A stretch of DNA of 64,000 nucleotides from assembly GCA_028534125.1 (NCBI GenBank), contig CM052832.1:19966001-20030000 (forward strand). Reading direction: 5' to 3'. The notes under the pieces are model-generated. The model was not told where the DNA came from. It searched no databases and saw only the letters and a program-made list of their open reading frames with translations. A program made the position numbers and the translations under genes. Positions 38,594-51,435 of the stretch are shown piece after piece. This stretch comes from Lama glama (lineage: Eukaryota). Positions within the stretch are counted from its first letter, which is position 1; the number at the start of each line of letters is the position of its first letter.

Positions 38594-38884
38594 GAAAAGT
38601 GTCATTTTCATTTTCAGTGTAATTTCCTATTGCTCCAATCTCTTCATAATTTTTTTTTTTTTGGCTTTCTCTAGGACAATCCCTGGAGGAGTGCTGAGCA
38701 GATTTGCGTAAGAAGTGTTTGCTGTGTTTTTCTCAGTTTTTCAAATTTAGGTAAGAGACTGCATCTCCTGTTATTTCTAGTGCTTTTCTTAAAAATGCCT
38801 CAATGAAAAAAATGAAAGTAGATTGTTTCCCAGGTACTTCCTGTCCCATGAGCATCTACAGACTGAAATGGAGGCGTGTAATGC

Positions 38885-38917
38885 ATTGCCATGGCAGGTC
38901 GGGGCGTGGGGCGGGGC
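38885..38917. promoter_or_regulatory. Candidate cis-element: X-box-like palindrome plus overlapping KLF/Sp1 GC boxes
   Basis: ATTGCCATGGCAG followed by GGGGCGTGGGGCGGGGC, with CpGs retained in a CpG-poor background; motif evidence only. Confidence 0.3.
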
Positions 38918-39850
38918 CAGGGCAGCTACAGTGACTCTGGCAGCTTGGGACTGAGTACAGGTAACAAAATCATTGTGGCTCCTCAGAGCCTCTTCAAGTT
39001 GTCATTCCCTTGGCATTCTCAGTCCATTTGCAGAGTAACGTTGGTGGTAGAGCAGTGGCATTTAATCAGGAACTTGATTCTACATAGATACTCTTCATGG
39101 GCAAGATTACAGAATATAAACCAAAGTGATAGGCTTGTGAAGGACCTATTGATATTGGCCCAGAGTATGTGCAGGACCTGGAGAAGGGGCTTTTTTAAGT
39201 TTAAGCAAGTGCACAGTAAGGGAGATATGTGCTTACGCTGTATCTAACTTCATATTTGAAGATCTTGGAAAAACCCCAGTATTGAATAAATAATGTAGTT
39301 AATCTGGTAATTTGTCTTACATAAGTTGTACAATGAATCAGAAGTACCAGCATAAACATATATTTCACAACTGTCAAATGTTCTTTTAATTCTGACTCCA
39401 AATAAATTATTGAGTGATACTGGGTGTAACCAAAAAAAAAAAAAGAAAGAAAATAAAAGATTTATAGAAGGTTTTGTCATCATAACTCTGTTTCCCTAAT
39501 GCCTTCCTCTGCTTTCATTTGCTACCCAAATAAATAAACAAATAAATAATTTGGACAGGACTTGAGAAAGTGAGAGAGACAGGAAAACTACCCAGGTGAT
39601 TTTTGAGCAATTTCAATGTTAGCAGTATTTTCCCATTAATATATTGGTATTTTGCAGGTGCTTTATTGCTAATTAGTGCTGATCCATAAACAATATAGCT
39701 CTCATCCCCAAGGCTTTACCCATTCCTGTCTTTGTCTATAAGCCAAAAAACAACCAAATGTGTTGTTGTTGGATTCTATAGTTTGGGTGATCCTGCAGTG
39801 GATAATTTTATGGAGAGATTAAGAATTTTATATTTAATCATTTTATTTGG

Positions 39851-39965
39851 CATATAAATATATAAGTAATAAATATATATGTAAATAATAAGGATTTATA
39901 TATAAATATATAAATAATAAGTATTTACATATAAATATATAAATAATAAGTATTTACATATAAAT
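39851..39965. repeat. AT-rich tandem of about 28 bp / low complexity
   Basis: TATAAATATATAAATAATAAGTATTTACA-like unit repeated 2-3 times. Confidence 0.8.
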
Positions 39966-40029
39966 TAATAAAATGAAATATATATATGTATCTGCTCAGT
40001 TATATACGTATATATAGTTGTTAAACTGT

Positions 40030-40750
40030 GGCAAATGAATTAACTTCGTAACTTGAACATTCTTTTGATAAAGACAACCACCAGTTACCAGTTGATGCTA
40101 AAACCATTGGGTAAATGATCTTAGGATACTGCATATTCACTGGATTTAAAAATATCACTCACTCATGCATTATTTATTATAAACTGAATGGATACCTTTA
40201 TAATGGACATACCTTTAAACACTTCAAACAAGTGACCAAATTTATCTTCACCAATAGTGAAATAAAACTAGCGCCGTTTGATGTGAGGCAGTAAAAAAAA
40301 TACACAACATCCCCTATGTGATGTTTTTGCCAAAGAAAAAAAATAATGTTAATATAAATGCAGTCAGTCATGAGAAAACAGTCAAGGAGGGCCAGACTAT
40401 GGGACAATCCCAACATGAAAACTGGCCTGAAGTCTTCAAAAATTCATATCATGTCTCAACACTGTGGAATAACATAGGTATAATTAAATTAATTTTAATG
40501 ATGTTTTCCTTGCATTGTGGGTTTGTAGGAAAATGTTCTTATTCTCAAAAAAATGCATAATAAGGTATTTGGAGGTGAATTGTCATTTTGTCTGCAAATG
40601 ACTTCCAAATAGTTGACCACCACCATTAACAACCAAGGTATTAAAACATCCAAACAGAAGGAAAGCAACAGGGGCAAAATATTCATTAGTAGTGAAAATA
40701 GTGAAGGGTAGATGAATGTTCATTGTACGGTGTTTCAACTTTTCTATTTA
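40030..40750 (+). mobile_element. L1MC4/5-like 3' UTR
   Basis: CCAGTTGATGCTAAAACCATTGGGT...AACAAGTGACCAAATTTATCTTCACCAATAG...AACTGGCCTGAAGTCTTCAAAAA...AATGTTCATTGTAC. Confidence 0.8.
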
Positions 40751-42249
40751 GCAGATGCTGAGTGATACCTTCTACCCATAGCTAAAAGATTTGAAAACAG
40801 ATGAGTGCTTAGGGAAACTTATTTCCTTACAGGGTTTCTCAGGGAGCTGTGTGTGCAATTCGTTCGTAGCCAGGTGTCTATTAATGGCTTTAGATTGTTT
40901 AGAGGGTAAGCATCAAATAGATATGGCAGTGAGACATCTAGGCGTGAAATTTGTGGCATATGTGACTATAAAACTATGAATATAAATGTGCATTCATGGA
41001 TAAGAGAGAGAATATATATGTATATATCAGTATATGATGTTTATAGCTGTAGTAAATTTAGAAGAGCTATTTATAATTAAGAGCATATTGAATAGCTTTA
41101 GATCATCTATATTAGAGTGCACATTTGTAACTGTACCTGATTTCCAAAGGTACAAGAATGATAGGAAGATCAATACCACTCTCGTTGATTGTAAGAGTCT
41201 GGAAAGATTAGCTTGGACATTTTCACAGACTAAATGACAATATAACAAATCAAAAACGTTGAGGTCAAATAAAAGGCAACCCTAATCCCCACACCTTTGT
41301 GAGCAGTGGTGAGATCATTCCTCACGTGTGGCCTAGAACCAGCAAACACGGACGCTTGCTTGCATATTTCACCTCTTTCGGCCACAGGAAGCTCTTGTCT
41401 TCTTTACCTCAAACACTCTCTGAGTCTTTTATTTTCCAGTTCATTTCCTGTTTCAATTTATTTTCTAAGAAAAACCTTGATATTACAAAGAACCAGCACA
41501 GGAATTAAAATCAACTTGAAATTTCTTTGGATAGAGAAAGAAGCATTGCCTTGGCCATCTGTTAAATGTATTTGAACAGGTCTGGCAGACTATTGCATCT
41601 GCTCTTGTCTTTCCTTATAGCTTTATCAGTTTTAAAGGTCAATTGTGATGGTGTTTATTAAAGAAAAGGACAAAGGAATTGGCTTCACCTTCAAATCTTT
41701 CACATACTTTGCATTAAGCTATCTTATCAAGACATATAACCCATTAGAGCAAATATGGCTACATTTGTGGATTATAAAGCATGTAGAGTTTTTCTTCATT
41801 ACAGAAGGATTTGTTTTCCTTTTAATTACTACAGGTCAAATTAAAGTATGAGTATAATGGAAAATTGAGGAAAAAAATTAAGTACATGTATCTCTAATCT
41901 GTTTAAATCATTATAGCCATCAATGATATCCTTCTTAAAGCATCAGTTACCCAAAGCAAATACTTCAAAATTTTGCAGATTAAGTGTCTCTCGACCAAGT
42001 CCAACAACAAACATAGAAAATGAAATCATCGGTTGATTTTTTTGCTTACATATAATTTTTTTATTAAAAAGAATATGCATCCTAATTAATGTTACCCTTT
42101 AAAGTGGGAAAGGATTATTTTAATTTATTGAGCACTTTCTATGTCCCATGCCCAGTACTAGATACTTTTCTGAGTAAATTACTTCTAACCCCAAAGAAAA
42201 CTTAAACATTTAGGTACATATTTTGGGTGGTACAAACTGGAAATTATTT

Positions 42250-42530
42250 TGGGGGGAATTAAGGTGGATACATTGGCAAAGGAGACTGATAAGCAATGCC
42301 CAGAGACATAGGCAAACATCCAGGAGAAAGTGGCAGAGTGAGAGTGAAAAATAGAGGGTGCCTTCCAGAAATCAAGAATGCCAACTGGGTTAAATGCTGC
42401 TGAGAGAATAAGATGATCCTGGCATAGATCCACTGAGTTGACTATCGTAAAAGTCATAGGTGGCCAGTTTGGAGGAATGGTGAGGACAAGAGCCAGACTA
42501 GAGTTGCTTGAGGAATGAGGAGACAGAGTT
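42250..42530 (-). mobile_element. L2 fragment
   Basis: GCAAAGGAGACTGATAAG...CCAGGAGAAAGTGG...AAATGCTGCTGAGAG...AGCCAGACT. Confidence 0.7.
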
Positions 42531-42544
42531 TGTTTCAACATTGA

Positions 42545-42630
42545 GCACTTCCTACCCCTCAGAACTGTCTGACAATGAAATGGATGACCTAGGAGATAAC
42601 GTGTTTCCAGTCAACCGAAATACTCAACGT
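42545..42630 (+). mobile_element. L3/CR1 3' fragment
   Basis: ACTTCCTA...AGAACTGTCTGACAATGAAATGGATGACCTAGGAGATAACGTGTTTCCAGTCA. Confidence 0.5.
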
Positions 42631-43354
42631 GATTTTCAGTTTTCAATAAAGTTGTAACATTGGTTTAAACTCCTGTTGGGAGGTGAGAAAAAAGATGCTC
42701 TATTTAATATCTAAACTCTTTGGGGAAACAGCCACTTTCTGTGAACTAGAGAAGATTTGGGAATTATGTTTAGATTTCTATACATTTCCATACAGAACAT
42801 CTTGTTCTTTAAATACTAAATTAGCAGTTGTAGGTGAAGATTGAGATATACAGATGCTGAGAACCTCCTATGAGATTCAATAACTAAACTCTCAGGTAAT
42901 TAGAAGGCAAAAAGAAATACGAAATAGCTGGGAAGTGGTAACAGAAACATTATCTCCTCAAAATTATTGGGAAAAATGAGATTTTTGACTGACAAGAGAT
43001 ATTCTTCTAAATACAATATGGAATAATAATGCCTTCATGCTAAAGGAAATAAAAGTAAGAACAAAACAAACAGAGAAAGCAGTAAAGACTTTTGCCTTGA
43101 AGAAATTAAGGCATATCAGTAAATAAATACTGTATTTGCAGTTGTAAAATTAAACTTATGTCTATATAGCCAAAAGACGGGTTGTAACAGCTTGAAGTTG
43201 GATAGCAAAGGTGTTAAGGTCATTCTGAATAATAGCACATCTCACAATAGGAGAGATCCAATTTGAAACCAAAAAATTTGGAATCCCTTGTCCAAAGTTC
43301 CCCGTATCAAAGATGACATCTATTGCTAGTAGGTGTATGATTATAGGATTAACT

Positions 43355-43580
43355 AAAAAGACTTTGTATGAGTATCTGCTGTGTCCATGACATTTTTCTG
43401 AGTACTAGAGAAATAGTGAATAAACAGACACAAGTCCCTGACTTAACAGAGCCAGTGTTCTACTGCAAGAGACCAACAATGCCAGATTATTAAGTAAAGT
43501 GTATAGTATGCTCAACAGTGATAAGCACCAAGGAGAAAGAAAGTAAAAATAAATGGGGGTATGCAGTGTCAGGGGAAAGG
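43355..43580 (-). mobile_element. L2a 3' end
   Basis: TGAGTATCTGCTGTGTCC...ATAGTGAATAAACAGACACAAGTCCCTG...GTGATAAGCACCAAGGAGAAA. Confidence 0.7.
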
Positions 43581-46097
43581 ACCAACCATTCTCTTTGAAA
43601 ATAATTTCAGTGCCAAGAAATGCCATCAGAGCAGGATGGGCAGCTTTAGACAACAGAGTTTCTATCAGTCCTTCTGCAAATTTCTCCAAGTAGAAATACA
43701 ATCAGTTTCTTACTGACATGCACATTATGTAAGCCCAGCCCGAGTCTCCTCTTCAATTCCATACTTTCAACTATTTCACTACCCCTAATAACTTCCCATA
43801 TAGAAATTTTGAAGCTGATGATGAGGTAGGTGTGTATGAGAAGTCGAAATATAATGAAAATGTTGCTCAGTGAGCATATATTTGGAACAAAGAGACCTGA
43901 GTATAAGAAATATTTCATATATAGTCTGAGTGTATCAGGCTAAGATAGCCAGATATACTCATTTTGCAATAGAAAGAATCTAATCAGTGACACCAGAAGA
44001 AGATTAATCTTGATTAAGGTTTTCTATAAAGGAGACAGTCCTTAGGTGGGGACTATCGTCAATTCATTTTGAGAGTTTTTCCATGCTTACATCAGGCTGA
44101 CCATCCCTGTTTTGATTAAAGTTTTCTTTATTTACACACAGGTAATAACTTCACCAAAGTTACTATGATGTCTCATTGTTTCAGGACACTTGGTTCAAAC
44201 TGATTTTTCTTTGGTTTTACATTTTAATTGAGGGTAAATTGTTTTCTAAGTTCTTGGGGGAAATGGATGATCTTCTTGTATAGACAAAAAGCTTAAGCTA
44301 ATAATCTTTTGTCTCTCTGAGGTCTTTTGGAAGGTCTTCCCATAATGCCCAAAGAGTAATGATGCAAGCTTCTATCCCATAGATTTTGGGAGCCCATTTT
44401 TCTACTGAGTCCTCCTGAGAAATAACTACAGTGAACACTCAAAGTCCATGATGCTGGTCAATTGTCACTTCAGTCTCCTAATCTGTGAGAGCATTTCGTT
44501 TTGAACCCTAGTAGATTAACTTCTTTGTATTTCTGCCACTTACTCTGCCAGAAATTGTTTTAATTCCCCAAAGCAGAGCTTCTGCTAATCTTTCTGCAAG
44601 ACCTCTTGGTGGCTGGTGAATAACAAAAGTAAAATATAGAGAGTGATTACAACTGTTGGGACGTGACTTTGGGGTCTAGCTAGGGCAGGAGGCAATCCTT
44701 CTAGCCACCACTTCAAACCGCCCTCCCTCCTTTCCTGCCTAAAATGATTGATATGAGACTAGCCATTACCCTCAGGGGGAATTACCCCAAAACAAAGAGT
44801 TTGGAGGTTGCTTTAAATAGAAATGTGTGTATTTTCAAACGTCCGCCCTTGTTCTGTCTTCAGTTACACCACACACCTGATGCCAACATTTTAGTACATC
44901 TTGTGCTGTGCTATGTCCTGTCGAGTTTCTTTTTGCAATTTTCCTCCAAGACGAGGTTTTAAAAGTTCAAGTCATCAAGATTTTTATGCACTGTACTTTT
45001 CTTCCAATTCCACCACCTAATTCTTCAGAAGAGAGTATTTAAATATAAATTTCTTCTTTAGCCTCCAGTGTTGTCACTTCCCTACAGCTGGCAAACTTCC
45101 ATATTACTCTGGCCCTCTCCCACTGTTAATCTAAGAGTGTTGCTTGGGGTCAGTCCTATATTAGCAAGAAGTCTGTCCCCTACCTATGACTATCCCTGTC
45201 TCTCACAGTCTAAATATTCTAATCCATGGCTCTAAGAATGAAGTTTGTTTGAGGGGAATCAAAAGTTATTAGGAAGACCACAGACAGCTGAAATGCCCAT
45301 ATGTTTTAAGCACCACTATCAAAAATGCATGTGTTGTGTGCCTGCAAGACAGAGTATAATTTAATATTTCTTTAAAAGGCAAGGCAAGGAAAATATTTTA
45401 ATATCATTATACTTTACTGATGGAGAAATCATGGTTCCCTGAAATGTGACATAGCGTTTTGTGTAAAATGGGGAAATTTACCAGAAAAGTACTATGGTAA
45501 TTTGGAGGCTACATACTCATAGGTTCTTCTAATTCTAATTTGTCCTTTCCTGGTAGTCAGCAACATCCTAATGCTTTGCTTGACTACTCAAAGAGGTGAT
45601 TTCTTTTCAGTAAATTAAATCAATTTCCATTTGTTCTTGGTCTAGGAAATTTTATTTTCTCTTGTCTTTATTCAATTTTCAATTCATTCTTCCCAGAGCA
45701 TAAATCAATGTCTTCCTTTGATTTCATGGCAGGTATTCCTATTGCTTTTGCATTATAGTGGAGCCAGGAAAAAAAATCATTATATTAAGCACCATTCCAA
45801 GCTTTGAAGCTGTAGTGGTATAAAGTAATCAATATCAGGACGTTTCTAACTCTATGGAAAATACCAAAAGCTTAATATTCAAGTAGATGTACACTTTAGA
45901 AGCAGTAACTGGAGATTCTTGATTAGGTTTACCATTTCAGCTCAATATCAGAGAGAAGATATAGCATAAGCCAAGATGAAAAATAATTATCCATATCTTA
46001 ACTCTTAGAAAAACTTAGGTCATAGTGCTGATTTTAAGATTCTGTTCATCTTTTCCTGTGGAAGTTCCTTGCCTTGGTTTAGATTTGGAATTGGTAG

Positions 46098-46484
46098 TAT
46101 ATTAGTTTACTAGAGCTATCAGAACAAAGTATGAGATGGGGTGGCTTAAACAACAGAGATTTTCTCACATCCCTGGAGGCTTGAAGTCCAAAGACCAAAG
46201 TGTAATCAGGGTTGGTTTCTTTGGAGCCCTCGCTTCTTGGCTTGTAAATAACCATGTTCTCCTCCCTGTGTCTTTACAAGGTCTCCCCTCTGTGAATCTG
46301 TCTCTTAATATCCTCTTCTTTAAAAACATTAGTGATACTGGATGGGGGCCCACCCTAGAGACCTCACTTAATTTAATTACCACTGTAAATAGTCTATCTC
46401 TAAATCGAGTCACATTCTGAAATACTGGGGGTTTGAACTTCAACATATTAATTTGGGGGTGGAGTTGCAATTCAGCCTGTTACA
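46098..46484 (-). mobile_element. MLT1B-like MaLR solo LTR
   Basis: TATATTAGTTT...GGGTGGCTTAAACAACAGA...CTGGAGGCTTGAAGTCCAA...GTCACATTCTGAAATACTGGGGGTT...AATTCAGCCTGTTACA; 5-bp TSD GGTAG/GGTAC. Confidence 0.9.
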
Positions 46485-48024
46485 GGTACAAGCATCCCTA
46501 AAGAGCGTTCTAGGTCGCCCAGCAGAGATCACAGAAATATTTTGCCAAGAAACCAAACACTGAGATGAATTTCAGATTCATCTTTTGAATCTGCCCTGAT
46601 GAAAGGTAAACATATAGAAAATAGAAATGCATCCTTGTAACCGTATGTATCAAAGCACTAAATGAAAACTTTAGTTTTGAACTTTTCCCCTTACATGATA
46701 CACAAGTGGTTCAATCCTCTCTCCAGCCCCTGACTCTCTCACAGACTCACACTCCCCTTTCAACATCTAGAACTATTTTCACGGACATTATGAACATACA
46801 GCCTTGACGTTTGTTCTATTATTAAAATGTGTGGTTTATTTTTACTAATTCAGTCAATAGCCTATCAATTCCAAGTATTCTTTTCTCATTGTTTAATTTA
46901 TAATTTAGTCGTTACGGTGTATAAATAAATTTTCATCCCTCTTAAAATTATTTACCCTATGCAAAAATAGTAGAGTAAAAATTACAAAATTTATTTAAAA
47001 TTACTAGTTAGCATCAAACAGAGCTCATGAATAAATGGGGTTTTTAAATCAAAATTCATTTATACCAATTGATACGTTCCTAGAGTTCTTAAAAAAGAAA
47101 AAAACAACTAGAGTCATCACTTGTCAGAGTCTTCTGTCTGTGGGTATAATAAATTTACAAGTTTAATGCAGGTGACAGAGAGTAGTGATGAGAGGGACCA
47201 AGAGCTAAGATGTTTAGACATGTACTTCAGTAGTTTGAAAGCCACTTTAAAAGTCCTCTCAAGTAAATTTATAAATGCAGTTTTTAACTGAGACCCTCTT
47301 AGAGAAATAGCATTAAAACACTTTACATTCACTGCAGTGAAATTAGTGGAAAGTGTAACAATACAAAAATACTTACTAAACTCCAATCTATTTAGGTATA
47401 AAGAATATTACATGTTTATATAATATCAAGTATCCACATATTTAAGAAGATCCAATGATAATTTTATTAATGCTCAATAATTTGTCATTCCAGCTAGTGA
47501 CAGACTTACCGATATTTAGTATTATACCAAAATATAGATGATGGATATTTTCACTTTATATCAGCAATTTCAGATGCCTTTTAAACTCACTTTCTCTTGT
47601 TTTTTAGTTTACTTCTGCAGTTGCTCTTGATTTACTTTGTGTTTGGTCTTTTTAACTTCAGATACTTGAAATGGAGAGAAACATAAACTAACGTCTAGGG
47701 AAATCTCCAAGACATTTGATTCTATGGCTTTACCAAAACATGAAAGCCAAGGACAATTATGGCTTAATTCATTTCAGTCATAGAGAGTACTCTTTATATA
47801 GCTGTTGATATTTTAAAAGTACAGCAATCAAAAATTTTCTTGTGAAGCACGCTTCTAAGATGCCAGGATATTTTAAAAGAAAGATAATTTCAATAGAACT
47901 TTCATTCAGATGAAGGACAGTGTCAGACTTTAAAAACAGCAAGTAAATAGAGTAAACCAAATGGTTCTAAGCTTCTAAGTTTTCACAACTCAATTATTAG
48001 ACCTACTTGAGTGAAATAAACATG

Positions 48025-49454
48025 TCAGATCAAAACATTTGTTTTATTCCAATTTATGTAGATGAGCACCTGGTTGACTAATACAGTTTTACAGTGCAGA
48101 TTCTTACAAATGTTTCATTTAAAGACTTTTTTAAAGTGTTATTTTTCAATATTTTGTTAAACTCATATGTATACAGAAGTATATATATTTATATATAAAA
48201 TATGTTTATCTTATATATAAGATACCTTCTATACATGAGTATATATCTGTACATATAATTGTAAATACATATGTAAATGAATATATCTATGTATATATAT
48301 ATGTAATCCTACTCCTAAGAATTTATAATCTTCACACATGTCACAAAACACAAATAACAGAGCTTATATAAAACATAAAGGATCATAATCTCTTCTTTTA
48401 ACTGGTCTTTTTTTTTAAATACAGTATTTGCTAAAAGTATACATTTCCTATACCTACAAAAGTATCCAGAATATTGTTGTATATCTATTAGCCATATACA
48501 ATATATACTTGTTTATTAAGTTTAATTTGAACATATATACATATTTTGCAAAGTGACAGAAGATACTTTATTGTGATTTTTTTTTCTTAAAATCTTTCTG
48601 ACCAAAAAAAAAAAAAATCCTTGGATAAGGACCTAAAAAACAAGAAATAGCTTCATCTTTTGTTTTATATAAATGAATGAAGCTTATTTAAGTTAGTTTG
48701 GTAGTTTTTAGTGGAAATAAAGAAGACTCATTGAGGCCTATACTTGGCTTTTTTTAAAGCTTTTTCATAAAAAAGTGAAAATGTGGAATAGGATGTAATT
48801 ATTGAGCATAAGGTACAAGATGTTGTTCAAGGTAGTATAAAAACAAAACATAAAATTCTGAAAGAAAAATAAGCAATTATACAATGTACAATACAAAGCA
48901 TTCTTTTAAAAATAAGAACTGTGGTATGTTACAAATTATCTTTGAATTTACTAAAAAATACACATTTTCAGGTTTTCTTTTACAATTGAAATGCTAATAA
49001 ATGATATTCTATTATTTTAATCTTTGTATCACATTCAAGAAACACAGCTCATCAGTTTAAAAGGTAATTTCAAAATAAAGAAGATTCTTGAATTTCTTCA
49101 ACGTATAGACCATAACAATATCTAAAGTTTCTTTCCCCATTTCATCACTGCCTTGTGAGTTTTACCATCAATCATCTATTTACTGACTAGAAGTGCACGC
49201 CATCTTGCAGGACCTGCCCTGGAAAGTGAAATTCATGCACTTTTCTTCTGCCTTTCTGAAAAGCATCTGTCCATCTATGCAAATGACCTTTTCTTTCTCC
49301 CTCCACTCCTCTCTTCTTCTCTCCTCTTAATAGGGTCAAGAATTGAGAATGAAGGTGCATGGCCAGGAAGGGAGACAGGCAGGGTGATGGGACCCCATAA
49401 TGTAGCATATGAATAGGAATCCGGTGAAAATATCTGCTCTTGCCGGGAGTCCTT
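48025..49454 (-). other. Candidate terminal exon / 3' UTR of an unidentified minus-strand gene
   Basis: A polypyrimidine tract of about 40 nt and a tandem AAG/AAG acceptor (exon start 49454 or 49451); a second acceptor at 49218. These are followed by repeat-free U-rich sequence with minus-strand AATAAA at 48567-48572 and 48043-48048. No protein homology recognised. Confidence 0.4.
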
Positions 49455-51340
49455 CTTTTAAAAAGATAACAGCAACAGAAGAAAGAAACAAAAAGAAGGA
49501 TCTTTTTTTGAGAGTCTGGCTTAAGAAATTCCACATTAATACCACCGCTTGTCATCAGATTAATGAAGCTGATTAAGAAGAAGAAACAAATCAATCCATT
49601 CTTTCTTAACTATGACATTTCTTCAGTGTCCGGGCAACAGCTTGACTTATTGACCTAGCTGATTTATTTTGTCAGAAAACTTCTCAAAGCAAAGCATGGG
49701 AGATTGGTCACATTTTAGAGTGAGGGTGGTTTTTTTTTAATCTGATGAATAACCCTGAATATCTTTTTACTTCAACTGTATTTAGGCGTCTTAGGTAGAA
49801 CATTGATTTTATCCTTCTGTCTCTGAGAATAAATAGAGTATGACTTGGGCATGATGTTTTTGCTCTGGATGTTCTTGAATTTCTGAAAGTCTTTGTTTAT
49901 ATTCAATATTTATTACTGGTGATTATTTGAATGATTTGGATTATTGTGTTACTGCATTATAGTTTGAAATGTCACGTCATAGTTTAAAAACCCCCTTCTA
50001 TTCTGGTTGATCATCTAAAAGATTTGGGGACATTTCAGCTGTCCAAATACACAATAACAGGATTGTGCAACAACCAAAATTGAAACAGCATTGCAGGTTG
50101 CATATGGACATAAGGAATCACTTACTGGAAACTCAATATCTGAATTCCAACTGATGGTTAAAATGAACTCACATGTACTTAACAAGTTCAAATTTTGATA
50201 TTATTTCTTAAGAAGGAGAATCAAAAAGACTATATGATGAGAAACATTACTTTTGGAAATAGCTATGTTTTTTAGAACTTCTTACAATAACAGAAAATAG
50301 TAACCTATGGTTTCGTTAACTCCTGAATCTGAATGAATAAATGAACCTTTTCAACCAGACGCACCCACATATGTCCAATCTCTCTGTAATAGAGAAGATA
50401 CATAAATAGAGAAAGGGATTGATGTCATTCAGTTTGGCTTCTATTGCAAGTGGTGATAACCAAATGATAGTCATAATTGTCTAACAATCTCATGCACTTA
50501 GAATAAATATCGCCACAGTTTAGAGAGACAAAAGCCTTGCTCAGAATAGTACTCCTTCTCTTTTGCACTCCATCCCTTCTGTTACTTCCCTGTCTCACTC
50601 TTCAAAATCAAAGCAGACTTTTTAGCAGGTCTTCACATTTGTCCAATTAATTTAGTATCAGAAAGAATGAAGAATAACATTTATTCCAAAATGGATGGGG
50701 TGAAGAAAAAACAGAAAGATTAACTTGATCTGGTAGTATAGCATATGTATTCTTTCTTCTCAATTAAAGACAAATGTTAGGTTGGAAATTAAGAAGCCAC
50801 GTATTATGGGTGAATGTGATGCTTAGATAAATTCTTCTGATTTCATTTTTAGCTCCTTCCTCTGTTTTAAAATAAATAAATTGTTCCAATCAGCATACAG
50901 GGAGACAAAACAAAACAGATCTGCTTTGTTTTGGATGCTTTGTGAATTTCTGGAGTGGGCAGGAACGTTTACAGCGGAGTAAGAGTGTGGAGTTTATTGA
51001 AAGAAAATATATTCCAAACATAATATATAGCATAATGTTGGTAGGATATGACATTCAGGGCTACCTGTGGTGAAAAGTGGACTTCCTGGTCATGCTCTAT
51101 TCTTGGCACGAGAACAAGAAGTTGATAATTAAGCACTGTTTTCCATTTCCACAAGAACTTCAGGTTAATCTAGAACAGGTTCAATTTGAGCCCCACCATT
51201 TTTAATAGCAGTGAAGTGCTGAGTCTGTGACAAGAAATGACCTGTGACATTCTTCCAAATATTGGTGATTCCATGTTAAGGACAACACCCATTAAAGTCT
51301 GATATCTGAAATACAAGTTTTTCTTGGATACTGATCTTAC

Positions 51341-51435
51341 TCTGCTAACAGCCATGATAGTATTATTTCAGTCCACATGGTCTTCACAGCTTAAAAAGTC
51401 CGTTGATGTTGCAGTTACTGGAATTCAGCAAGTAC
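51341..51435 (-). other. Candidate 95-nt internal exon, stops in all frames
   Basis: ttccttcccctactcttag|GTACTTGC...TAGCAGA|gtaaga. Confidence 0.3.

Noticed and set aside
49334..49420. Plus-strand acceptor after a long pyrimidine tract (ttaatag|GGTCAAG)
   Set aside because: No supporting plus-strand gene context; the tract is equally well explained as a purine-rich stretch of the minus-strand candidate exon.
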